A stretch of DNA of 32,000 nucleotides from NCBI GenBank assembly GCA_964291655.2, contig OZ219801.1, positions 755,377 to 787,376 of the forward strand, read 5' to 3'. Shown in pieces: positions 1 to 7,700 of this stretch (positions within the stretch are counted from its first letter, which is position 1; every line of letters starts with the position of its first letter). The notes beneath the pieces were generated by a model. It saw only the letters and a list, made by a program, of their open reading frames with translations, had not been told where the DNA came from and did no database searches. Position numbers and translations under genes: made by a program. The DNA is from Chloroflexota bacterium. GTDB lineage: Bacteria; Chloroflexota; UBA11872; VXOZ01.

Positions 1-22
1 TATGTAGACTGTGATCCGGCGG

Positions 23-922
23 TCATGCATCGCGCACGATTGCATCTGTCATGCGGCACACGCGCACCATGGGACCAACGTCATGGACGCGTACCAGATC
101 TGCGCCCTGTGCTATTGCCAGCGCCACCGTAGCGGCGGTGCCTTCCAGCCGCTCTTCGACGGGGAGATCAAGCGTCAGCCCAATAAAGGACTTTCGTGAA
201 GTGCCAACCAACACCGGCTGCCCCAGACGCTGGAATGCGCTAAGGTCGCGCATGAGTTCGATATTCTGTTGCGGTGTCTTGCCGAAGCCGATCCCAGGAT
301 CGATGATGATGTTCTCGGCCGCGATACCGTAGGAAGTGGCACGGGCAACCGCTTCCCCAAGTTCTCTCGCTACGTCTTGCGCGACGTCTCCATATGAGAC
401 CTTCTCGTAGAACCCTCCGAGGGCTGATCGCTGCGACTCCGATCGTCGATTATGCATGAGCACTACCGGCACGTTCAATGCCGCAACGGTTGCCCCCATC
501 GCAGGATCACCGCCAAGTCCCCAAACATCGTTGACCATTGACGCTCCCGCGCGCACGGCTTCCCGGGCTACGGCGGCCTTGTATGTGTCAATCGAGAGGG
601 GTGTCTCTAGCTCCCGCCGTATCGCCTCGATCGCTGGCAGAACGCGGTCGAGTTCTTCCTGGAGCGATACGGTGCCTGCACCCGGCCTTGTCGATTCGCC
701 GCCAATATCGAGGATGTCCGCACCTTCCGCAACGAATTGAACCGCCTGGGAAACGGCGCGCCGCACGTCGCCACTAATTCCATCACCGGAGAAGGAATCC
801 GGTGTCACATTTAGTATGCCGACCACATAGGTTTGGGAGCCCCACTGCAGCATGCGATTACCGCAGCGTGTTTCTCGAGGCTTGGAAACATGAGCCGGCG
901 GTGAAGAACTCATGCTTCTCAC
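23..922 (-). CDS. folP: dihydropteroate synthase
   Basis: 299-aa ORF with the GILNVTPDSFSGDG motif, DIGGESTRPG and downstream DHPS-like blocks. The GTG at 922 overlaps the upstream stop (GTGA); an alternative ATG lies at 913. Confidence 0.93.
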   Translation of the reverse strand: MRSMSSSPPAHVSKPRETRCGNRMLQWGSQTYVVGILNVTPDSFSGDGISGDVRRAVSQAVQFVAEGADILDIGGESTRPGAGTVSLQEELDRVLPAIEAIRRELETPLSIDTYKAAVAREAVRAGASMVNDVWGLGGDPAMGATVAALNVPVVLMHNRRSESQRSALGGFYEKVSYGDVAQDVARELGEAVARATSYGIAAENIIIDPGIGFGKTPQQNIELMRDLSAFQRLGQPVLVGTSRKSFIGLTLDLPVEERLEGTAATVALAIAQGADLVRVHDVGPMVRVCRMTDAIVRDA

Positions 923-2493
923 TCCGGTGCGGGGCGCACGGAAGCATACTGGTACCCATGAATGAGCACGTCCCCCGGCTTGACGTTCACCACGTAGAGA
1001 CTCACCTCGGGCCCCAAGCCAATTTCGACAATATGATCAGTCCGGTCACTGGCGTTTCGCACCAAGTCCGGCAAGATAACCTGCGAAATTCCTTCCGGAA
1101 TCGTGAACTCCTGGCGTGTTTCCCAATACTGGGGATCAGCCGGGTTGAACAGTAGGCGGAAAGAATAGTCCTGTAGATAAAAGTTGAGCTGGCGGGAACG
1201 GTCAAACGCTACGATCAATGTCTCATTGGGAGAGTGATTCAAGGTAATGTACCGAACCTGCTTGGTAAGAATCTCATCGATACTTCTGATTTCCTGATAT
1301 CGTCCCTGACCGGCAGCGAAGAGAAATAAACTGGCGTTAGAGATGGCGATGACAGCGACTAGCGCCGCTGCGATTCCGAGGGAAACGCGGTGCGGCGTGA
1401 GCGCGGTTGTGACCATGCCGCGATGTGTCATGAAAAAACGGTATGCCTGCTCACAATCGCGGGAGAAACCACGCACGGCTAACGCGGCATAGATGAGCAA
1501 GCCGGGGAGAAGCGAAAGAATATAGCCGGGATTACCCATGAATACCAGCATGTAAAACACCAGTGGTACGGCTACCCACAGCAGAATGAGGCGCGTGCGC
1601 GCATCTCTCACGATCTGCTGCGGAGAGAAGTAACGGCCCAAGTAGTAGAGAATCGGTAGCAGAGCGATGCCAATGCCGTTATAGAGAACACCCGCAAGGG
1701 TGCGCGTATTCTCCAGAACGGCTCTGAAGTACCCAATGAGGCCGGAAGACTGCCCGGCCCAAAAGCCATATTGCTCGGTCGATGCCTTTACGTACGCATC
1801 CCAGCCGCCGGTAAGTTGCACCATAGGGATTCCCCAAGACAAGACCACCAGCAGCATCACGACAATCCCGCCCACCAAGCTTCGAAAGCTTCTCCCCCAC
1901 CACGCGTAGACCCATACAGGTAAGAGAAAGAGCAGTAAGTCCGGACGGAAACCGGCGCCCAAACCCAGCACGAAAGCAGCCGGAATAATCAGATTGCGCG
2001 ACCCAACCTTTGTTTCGGTCAAGAGCAGCAGCACGAGCGTGCTGAATAAGGCGAGGAAGGCATAGGGGTAGGCTACCTCGCCGTGTGACCAAAAGTTGCT
2101 GCTCGTGGCGAGCAACAAGGCGCTGACAATCGCGGCCTGCATTCCGTAGAGCCGCCAGCCGAGTAAGAATATGCACAAGACTGCCAGACTGCTTGCCACA
2201 AGCGAAAGAATCACATAGCTCATGTTGGCGTCAATGCCAAGATTGTAGATGAGCCTCGCGCTGGCTACATAGAGCGGGTAGCCTGGTGGATGCGGCTGAT
2301 GAAAGGCAACGTTGAATTTCTCCAGAGCAAACGCATAGTTCGCCGAATCCCACGCAAAGAGGGTCTCGCTGCGAAAGGGGACCCGGCTAAGCAGTGTAAC
2401 CAGAAAAAAGCCAGCGCCAATTAGCCATGCCAGTCGAGTCCACGCCGTAAGTCCTTGGCGCGATCCCCCGGCTATGCGTGCTGTCTGTTCCAT
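919..2493 (-). CDS. GT-C fold integral-membrane glycosyltransferase (PMT/ArnT/DUF2723-like)
   Basis: 524 aa with many hydrophobic helices. The N-terminal loop WDSANYAFALEKFNVAFHQPHPPGYPLY resembles the first extracytoplasmic loop of GT-C enzymes. The soluble C-terminal ~130 aa is non-hydrophobic. The stop overlaps the folP start. Confidence 0.7.
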   Translation of the reverse strand: MEQTARIAGGSRQGLTAWTRLAWLIGAGFFLVTLLSRVPFRSETLFAWDSANYAFALEKFNVAFHQPHPPGYPLYVASARLIYNLGIDANMSYVILSLVASSLAVLCIFLLGWRLYGMQAAIVSALLLATSSNFWSHGEVAYPYAFLALFSTLVLLLLTETKVGSRNLIIPAAFVLGLGAGFRPDLLLFLLPVWVYAWWGRSFRSLVGGIVVMLLVVLSWGIPMVQLTGGWDAYVKASTEQYGFWAGQSSGLIGYFRAVLENTRTLAGVLYNGIGIALLPILYYLGRYFSPQQIVRDARTRLILLWVAVPLVFYMLVFMGNPGYILSLLPGLLIYAALAVRGFSRDCEQAYRFFMTHRGMVTTALTPHRVSLGIAAALVAVIAISNASLFLFAAGQGRYQEIRSIDEILTKQVRYITLNHSPNETLIVAFDRSRQLNFYLQDYSFRLLFNPADPQYWETRQEFTIPEGISQVILPDLVRNASDRTDHIVEIGLGPEVSLYVVNVKPGDVLIHGYQYASVRPAPE

Positions 2494-2731
2494 AGGTGTT
2501 GCCAGATGAAGGTACTGTCAGTTACGGGGGAATTGCGTTTATGCGGTCTCATAGGCACCGACTTCCCATTCTAGCGGTGCCATATTCCGCCGTGCAAACA
2601 AATGCTCTCAAAAGCCCTGGACTGCAATTGCTGCCATGCCTTCCTTTAATGCACCCAGGCTTGCATGTCCTCTACGGACTATGCTTTGCTATAGGCAAAG
2701 TTGAACGTCAAAGCACCCAAGGTAATGCGGA

Positions 2732-4180
2732 ATGAATGTCGTTGTCATCTGCCTTGATACTATGCGCACCGACATGGTGCACACACTTGGCGCTGATTTC
2801 ATACGTACGCCGGTTCTCGACAACTTGGCGGCAGAGAGCGTGGTATTCACTGAAGCGTACGGCTGTGCCTATCCTACCATTCCCGCGCGCCGGGCACTCT
2901 TTACCGGCATGAACAGTTTTCCTTGGCAATTCGGCTTTGACACGCTAGGCTCTAGCCCTTCGCCGCGGGGCTGGCACAAGATTCCACCGGAACACACACC
3001 GGTCGCTGAGCGCCTCGTTGAGGCAGGCGTCAACACCGGCTTCATCGCCGATACATATCACATGTTCAAGGCAACCATGAACTTTACGCGGGGCTTTTGC
3101 TCCTGGGACTTCGTGCGGGGCCAAGAGTTCGACCACTGGAAGACCTTGCCGCCTGGCGCGGTCGACCCAACCAAGTATACTGACGCAGAGCCGGATTCGC
3201 CCCGCATGACCGGCATGCTGCAATACTTGTGGAACCAAGGCGAGCGCCCGTGCGATGATGACTTTCAGGCAGCGCGCGTCTTCTTGAGCGCCATGGATTG
3301 GGTAGAAAACAACGCACCATACGGACCGTTCTATCTCTACATCGACTCCTTCGATCCTCACGAACCGTGGGACCCGCCGCTCCATTATGCGGATGCGTAT
3401 TACAAAGACGACTCGGTAAAAGACTACATCTGGCCGGTGGGCACCGAGGTGGATGGCGAGGCGGCCATCGAACGCACAAAAGCCCTCTACTACGGTGAAG
3501 TGACGTTCGTTGATACGTGGATCGGACACTTCTTGAACAAGCTGGAGGCGCTCCATCTTCTGGAAGATACCGTAATCATCTTCACTTCCGACCACGGCAC
3601 CGAGCTCCTCGACCGCAACCGCTTTGGCAAGTCCGAAGACCACCTCCAGTGGTTCAATACGCGCATCAACATGTTCATCCGCCATCCCGACAAGCAACAC
3701 GCGGGCAAACGCCTCGATGCGTTCGTGCAGCACCAGGACGTGCCGCCCACCGTGCTCGATCTCTTAGGCGTCACACACCAAGGTCTCGACGGTATTTCCA
3801 TGTGGGCTCTCGTTACCGGTGAACGCGCAAAGAACCGCGACTTCATTGTTGCCGGCTGGGGACAGCACGCCACAGTGCGGGATCACGATCACAACTATGT
3901 GATCGACTTTGAACAAGGGCCGCGCAAGACCGACAGCGGCGGCTTCACGGTCACGCAGGAGACCGCTGCCCAGCACGTCCAAGAAGAGCTCTACAGCTTG
4001 AAAGACGATCCGCTTGAAACGACGAACGTGCTCGAAAGTGAGCCCGACGCGGCAGAAAAGCAACGGGCTCGCCTAGAAGGCTTTCTGGGGCAGGAATTGC
4101 CGGCGCATCTGGATGATCGGGTTGATACCTATGAATACCCGCGCCGTGTACACGCCAAGACTAACCCGTATGTTAAGTAG
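2732..4180 (+). CDS. sulfatase-family (alkaline-phosphatase superfamily) hydrolase/transferase
   Basis: 482 aa. It has an N-terminal VVICLDTMRTD metal-site block, GCAYPTIPARRALFTG (a C/T-x-P-x-R-like nucleophile region) and IIFTSDHG. Confidence 0.8.
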   Translation: MNVVVICLDTMRTDMVHTLGADFIRTPVLDNLAAESVVFTEAYGCAYPTIPARRALFTGMNSFPWQFGFDTLGSSPSPRGWHKIPPEHTPVAERLVEAGVNTGFIADTYHMFKATMNFTRGFCSWDFVRGQEFDHWKTLPPGAVDPTKYTDAEPDSPRMTGMLQYLWNQGERPCDDDFQAARVFLSAMDWVENNAPYGPFYLYIDSFDPHEPWDPPLHYADAYYKDDSVKDYIWPVGTEVDGEAAIERTKALYYGEVTFVDTWIGHFLNKLEALHLLEDTVIIFTSDHGTELLDRNRFGKSEDHLQWFNTRINMFIRHPDKQHAGKRLDAFVQHQDVPPTVLDLLGVTHQGLDGISMWALVTGERAKNRDFIVAGWGQHATVRDHDHNYVIDFEQGPRKTDSGGFTVTQETAAQHVQEELYSLKDDPLETTNVLESEPDAAEKQRARLEGFLGQELPAHLDDRVDTYEYPRRVHAKTNPYVK

Positions 4181-4463
4181 ATTGTCTCCGCTTGGGTCCA
4201 CCGGCGCAATTTCATCGTACATTCTGCCAATTACCCTCCCCAGTTTCGCTCCATTCCTGCCCCGAACAACTACGAGACGCAAAGTCGAATACAGCTTCTT
4301 GTCGGCAGGAAGTTTTCAAGGAGACCTCTTGAGGTGCCTGCGGACGCCTCAGCCAAATGAGCACGCGGGCACGTTCTGATTTGACATCCAGACAAGTCAA
4401 CTGTCCTCGCGGCAAGCTGACTCAGTGGTCGGCAATGCAATAGGCCTCAGAGAGGCAAAGCCA

Positions 4464-5282
4464 ATGGCGGACAGCCTCGAATCAGATTAGAAATCGGCGC
4501 CGCTAACCTTTGTCATCCCAGTCTTCAACGAAGAGCCCGGGCTCTCCGAATCACTCGAGCAGGCGCTGGCAAGCTTAGACGCCAGCGGGCTCACCGGCGA
4601 AGTCTTCATCGTTGCCGCCAATCACGTTAGGGTAGACCTTCCTGCCGTGGAGGGCTTCCCCTCGGTGCAGCTCATCTCGGCTGAGGACGATTCCGGTTGG
4701 TGTGAAGCCGCCTTGGCTGCCAGCGCACAGGCTCGGCACGATCTCATTTGCACAATTGACGTGCCTACTCTCTACGCCACAGCCGAAATCCCAAGGCTCG
4801 TCCGTGCGATGAACGAGTACGACGCCACGATGGTGATCGGGGCACGCATCGGCATAGAGAAGCCTATTTCCGCGCGGCGTCGGATCCTGCCGTGGTTCAT
4901 CGATATGCTCGCTTCCGATGCCTTGGGGAGGCCGCTGCTCGACGTAAACTCCGGATTGCGCGTTGTGCGCCGCTCAGCCTTGGGCGAATTCGCCGACCTC
5001 CTCTCGACAAAATCCGCGCCACCCGCCAAGCTGACACTCTGGATGCTGGCCAATGGCGCTTCCGTCTTATTCGTGCCTCTTGACGGCGAGCCAGCGGCAC
5101 ACAAGAAACTCCATGGCAGTGCAGGAGAGGCCATCCAACTCGTTCGTCTCATCATCGCCGTCGGACTGGCCTATTCACCGCGACGGACCGTGATTCTCAT
5201 TGCACGCATGGCACTCATGGTGCTGATGATGGCCGCCATGATGCTCATGATGATGTGGATGCTGGGCGTGATGCCGGGGTAA
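4464..5282 (+). pseudogene. GT2-family glycosyltransferase with a disrupted 5' end (in-frame TAG at 4488-4490)
   Basis: Frame translation reads M-A-D-S-L-E-S-D-stop, then KSAPLTFVIPVFNEEPGL..., the canonical GT2 N-terminal strand. No ATG, GTG or TTG lies between the TAG and the GTG at 4647 (the track ORF start), which would cut off that strand. The usual VDDGS and DAD positions read VAANH and IDVP. The C-terminal TM segment is Met-rich. Confidence 0.5.
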
Positions 5283-5430
5283 TGAGGAGGAATGCTTTCA
5301 ACAACAGGCAATCGAGGCAAATGTGCCGAAAGTTCGCAATGGGTTCTTCATGAGTGATCACGATTTTGGCGCCGCAGCTCGGGGGCTAGTTCTCAATGCT
5401 GTCGCTTAGAACTGATGAGCACGGTACTAT

Positions 5431-5546
5431 CCGTTCGTACTGAGCGTGCCTGCCCTGAGCATGTCGAGGGGTCGAAGTATGAACGGAAAGTATAGTGCGC
5501 CACAACCAACCCGCCGTTCACCTTTCGACAGGCTCAAGGCGAACGG
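5431..5546. repeat. inverted pair of TTCGAC-N-GCTCA-N-GCGAACGG dispersed repeat units (family A)
   Basis: ccgttcgtactgagc...gtcgaag (5431-5486) faces ttcacctttcgacaggctcaaggcgaacgg (5516-5546). The same core recurs at 9531-9565, 9893-9925 and 17688-17718, and in the 23-bp array at 17513-17668. Confidence 0.8.
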
Positions 5547-5617
5547 CTGTGCGCTCACTCATCCATCTCTCAAGACTTGGAGGGACAGCGGCATGCATTA
5601 CAGTTTAGTGCGACAAC

Positions 5618-5766
5618 ATTGGGGCTTGTCCCCCGACTCATTGGCCAAGTCAACAAGCAGAACTCGCACCGGTCCTCCCCTAGAAGTGAATACTGTAGCG
5701 CGGGGGCTTGTCCCCCGCCTCTTTGGCTCAGTCAACAAGCGGAACTCGCAGCGGTCCTCCCCCAGA
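5618..5766. repeat. two tandem ~80-bp units, each starting with a GC-hairpin REP-like core (family B)
   Basis: ttggggcttgtcccccgactcattggccaagtcaacaagcagaactcgcaccggtcctcccc (from 5618) aligns with gcgggggcttgtcccccgcctctttggctcagtcaacaagcggaactcgcagcggtcctcccc (from 5700). Confidence 0.85.
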
Positions 5767-7425
5767 TTGGCAGCGTTTTCGAACCAGCCTGCCAGAGTGC
5801 GTTTCACGTCTTACCGGAGACCTTTGTATAACCCCCACATTCAAGCAGGGGCACTCCCTCTCCTGGGGAGGCTGTCTCAATATTTTGGTGCGGGGCACGG
5901 TGAATGGGGTGAGAAGGACAGACAGATGGCGGGTGGTATGAACAAGACGGTGCCAGTGAGAGACTCGTCCCCGGGGCGACGCTGGACTACACCCAGACCG
6001 CCACAGGGCGTGGAGGCTCTTGAGATTGAACGCGGTGGCCAGCAGGTGCCATTCGGACGTCACGTGGCTGCGGCCTCTGAGCAGGAAGCGCCTGGCACTG
6101 TGCCACTCCTTGAGCAGGCCAAAGACCGGCTCGACGATGGTACTCCGGCGGCGGTACACCTGCTTGGCAGGCGCGGTGGCCATCAACTGCCTGTGCCGTT
6201 GCAGTATTGGCTCGTAGGCGCTGATCTTTATGGAGCGGCCCCTCTGGGAGGAGGTGCAGACGCCGAAGGCCGGACAGGTTCTGCAGTCCCGGCCGTTGGC
6301 TTGGTACCGCTTGACCCGGTAGCCGTTGCTGTGGGTCAAGCGGTGCGTGTAGGTGAGCACCTTTTGCTGGGGACACAGGTAGGTGTCGGTCTCTGGACGG
6401 TAGGTGAAGTGGTCTTTATGGTAGGGGTTGCGGCGTCTGCGCTCGTGGGTCGTGGGCATCAATACCGTGTGGCCGCCGGCGTGGCACGTGGCGAGGTTGG
6501 CCCCCGAATGGTAGCCGGCGTCCGCAACGGTCACCACGTCCCGCGCGGCGTCGATGTTCTCCTGCGCCGCCTCGATCAGCGGCGCCAGGTGGGGATGGTC
6601 GTCGGCACTGGCGCTCACGTCCACGGCTGTGATCAACCTCCCCCCTGCGCCCTCGTCCGGGGACGCAAGAGGGGAGACCAGCGCCTGGGCGTTGTAGCCG
6701 GTGATGAAGCCACCCATGCCAGTCTTGAGCAGGGCCGCGTCCGCATCAGTCAGGTTCGTGTAGCGCGGCCCGTCCTCAGCCGCGACGCGGGCGAGCGCGT
6801 CGTCCACCCGCCGCCGCAGGGCCTGGGCATCGGCAAGTTCCTGCGGCAAAGTCGCTGGCGGCGCGTCGCCCCCCGTGGCGTTCTGCGCCTCCAGGTCCGC
6901 GATCGCTTGCTCGGTGCGGGACAACAGCCGCTGCAGCCCCTGCGCGTCGTGGGTATGCCGCGTCCCGGCGTTGGCCGCGATCCTGGTGCCGTCCACCGCC
7001 TGGATTGCCAACTCCACCAGGCCGGCTCGCACCGCCGTGCGCACCGTGCGCTTGAGCAGCGTCCGCATCCGGTCGCGGTGCGCCTTGTAGAAGCGCCACA
7101 GCGTGTTGTGGTCCGGCTGCTGCATCCCCACCAGCCACAGGTACGGTACCTGATCCCGGCAGGCTGCCTCCAGCTTGCGGCTCGAGCGCACGCCGGTCAT
7201 GAAGCCGTAGACCCATACGCCCAGCAGCGCGCGCGGATGGTAGGCCCCGGCGCCACGCGGATCGCCTTGCAGGTCAATCTCCATCGCCTCCCAGGCCGCA
7301 GCATCGAGGCTGTCCACGAACGCTGCCGCAAACCTGACAGGATGGTCGTCCGGGATCAGTTCGTCCAGCGTCGGCGGCAACAGCCAGGCCTGTTCACGAC
7401 TAAACGGTCTCAACGGCATCGTCAC
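5728..7425 (-). CDS. IS1182-family DDE transposase
   Basis: 565 aa. The N-terminus PLRPFSREQAWLLPPTLDELIPDDHPVRFAAAFVDSLD is an InsH/DUF772-type N-terminal domain. It also has VDGTRIAANAG and VADAGYHSG Asp blocks, a CRTCPAFGVC zinc-finger-like motif, and the C-terminal EPVFGLLKEWHSARRFLLRGRSHVTSEWHLLATAFNLKSL. The ~100-aa tail after NLKSL has no family resemblance and extends past the putative left IR. Confidence 0.88.
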   Translation of the reverse strand: MTMPLRPFSREQAWLLPPTLDELIPDDHPVRFAAAFVDSLDAAAWEAMEIDLQGDPRGAGAYHPRALLGVWVYGFMTGVRSSRKLEAACRDQVPYLWLVGMQQPDHNTLWRFYKAHRDRMRTLLKRTVRTAVRAGLVELAIQAVDGTRIAANAGTRHTHDAQGLQRLLSRTEQAIADLEAQNATGGDAPPATLPQELADAQALRRRVDDALARVAAEDGPRYTNLTDADAALLKTGMGGFITGYNAQALVSPLASPDEGAGGRLITAVDVSASADDHPHLAPLIEAAQENIDAARDVVTVADAGYHSGANLATCHAGGHTVLMPTTHERRRRNPYHKDHFTYRPETDTYLCPQQKVLTYTHRLTHSNGYRVKRYQANGRDCRTCPAFGVCTSSQRGRSIKISAYEPILQRHRQLMATAPAKQVYRRRSTIVEPVFGLLKEWHSARRFLLRGRSHVTSEWHLLATAFNLKSLHALWRSGCSPASPRGRVSHWHRLVHTTRHLSVLLTPFTVPRTKILRQPPQERECPCLNVGVIQRSPVRRETHSGRLVRKRCQSGGGPLRVPLVD

Positions 7426-7523
7426 TACCTCTCTACAAACTATCCCACCACCTCACCTTGCTTCTCTTCACACCAGTATATATCCAGTAGATCTATTTTT
7501 GAGACACCCTCTGGGGGAGAGGG
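5856..7523 (-). mobile_element. IS1182-family insertion sequence (boundaries tentative)
   Basis: Transposase ORF flanked by candidate imperfect inverted repeats. CCCTCTCCTGGGGAGGCTGTCTCAA (5856-5880) matches the reverse complement of 7499-7523 (CCCTCTCCCCCAGAGGGTGTCTCAA) at 20 of 25 positions, and the inner 8 nt TGTCTCAA is perfect. Confidence 0.6.
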
Positions 7524-7665
7524 TTGGGGTGAGGGCGTCTTCTTGCTACGATGGCCCTTTACGCTGGGCAGTGTCAATACGTATCAGGGCAGAATCGGTG
7601 TGCATATGGAGAGATTTCAGAAGATCCACACTCACCCTAGCCCTCTCCCGTCGAGGGAGAGGGAA
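7506..7665. repeat. inverted pair of CCCTCTCC-N-GGAGAGGG hairpin units (family C)
   Basis: ccctctgggggagagggttggggtgaggg (7508-7536) faces ctcaccctagccctctcccgtcgagggagaggg (7633-7665). Each arm is itself a short hairpin. Related copies lie at 5856-5872 and 18406-18425. Confidence 0.75.
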
Positions 7666-7700
7666 CTATTTCGCTACCGCTTGAGTTGAGCAAAGGTCTC

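Noticed and set aside
2945-3733. 262-aa minus-strand ORF
   Set aside because: It is antisense to the sulfatase-family gene and has no recognisable features.
5446-7689. 747-aa plus-strand ORF, the longest 'gene' in this area
   Set aside because: It lies antisense to the well-supported IS1182 transposase. The translation is low-complexity and R/G/P/V-rich with no motifs, a typical shadow ORF in high-GC DNA.
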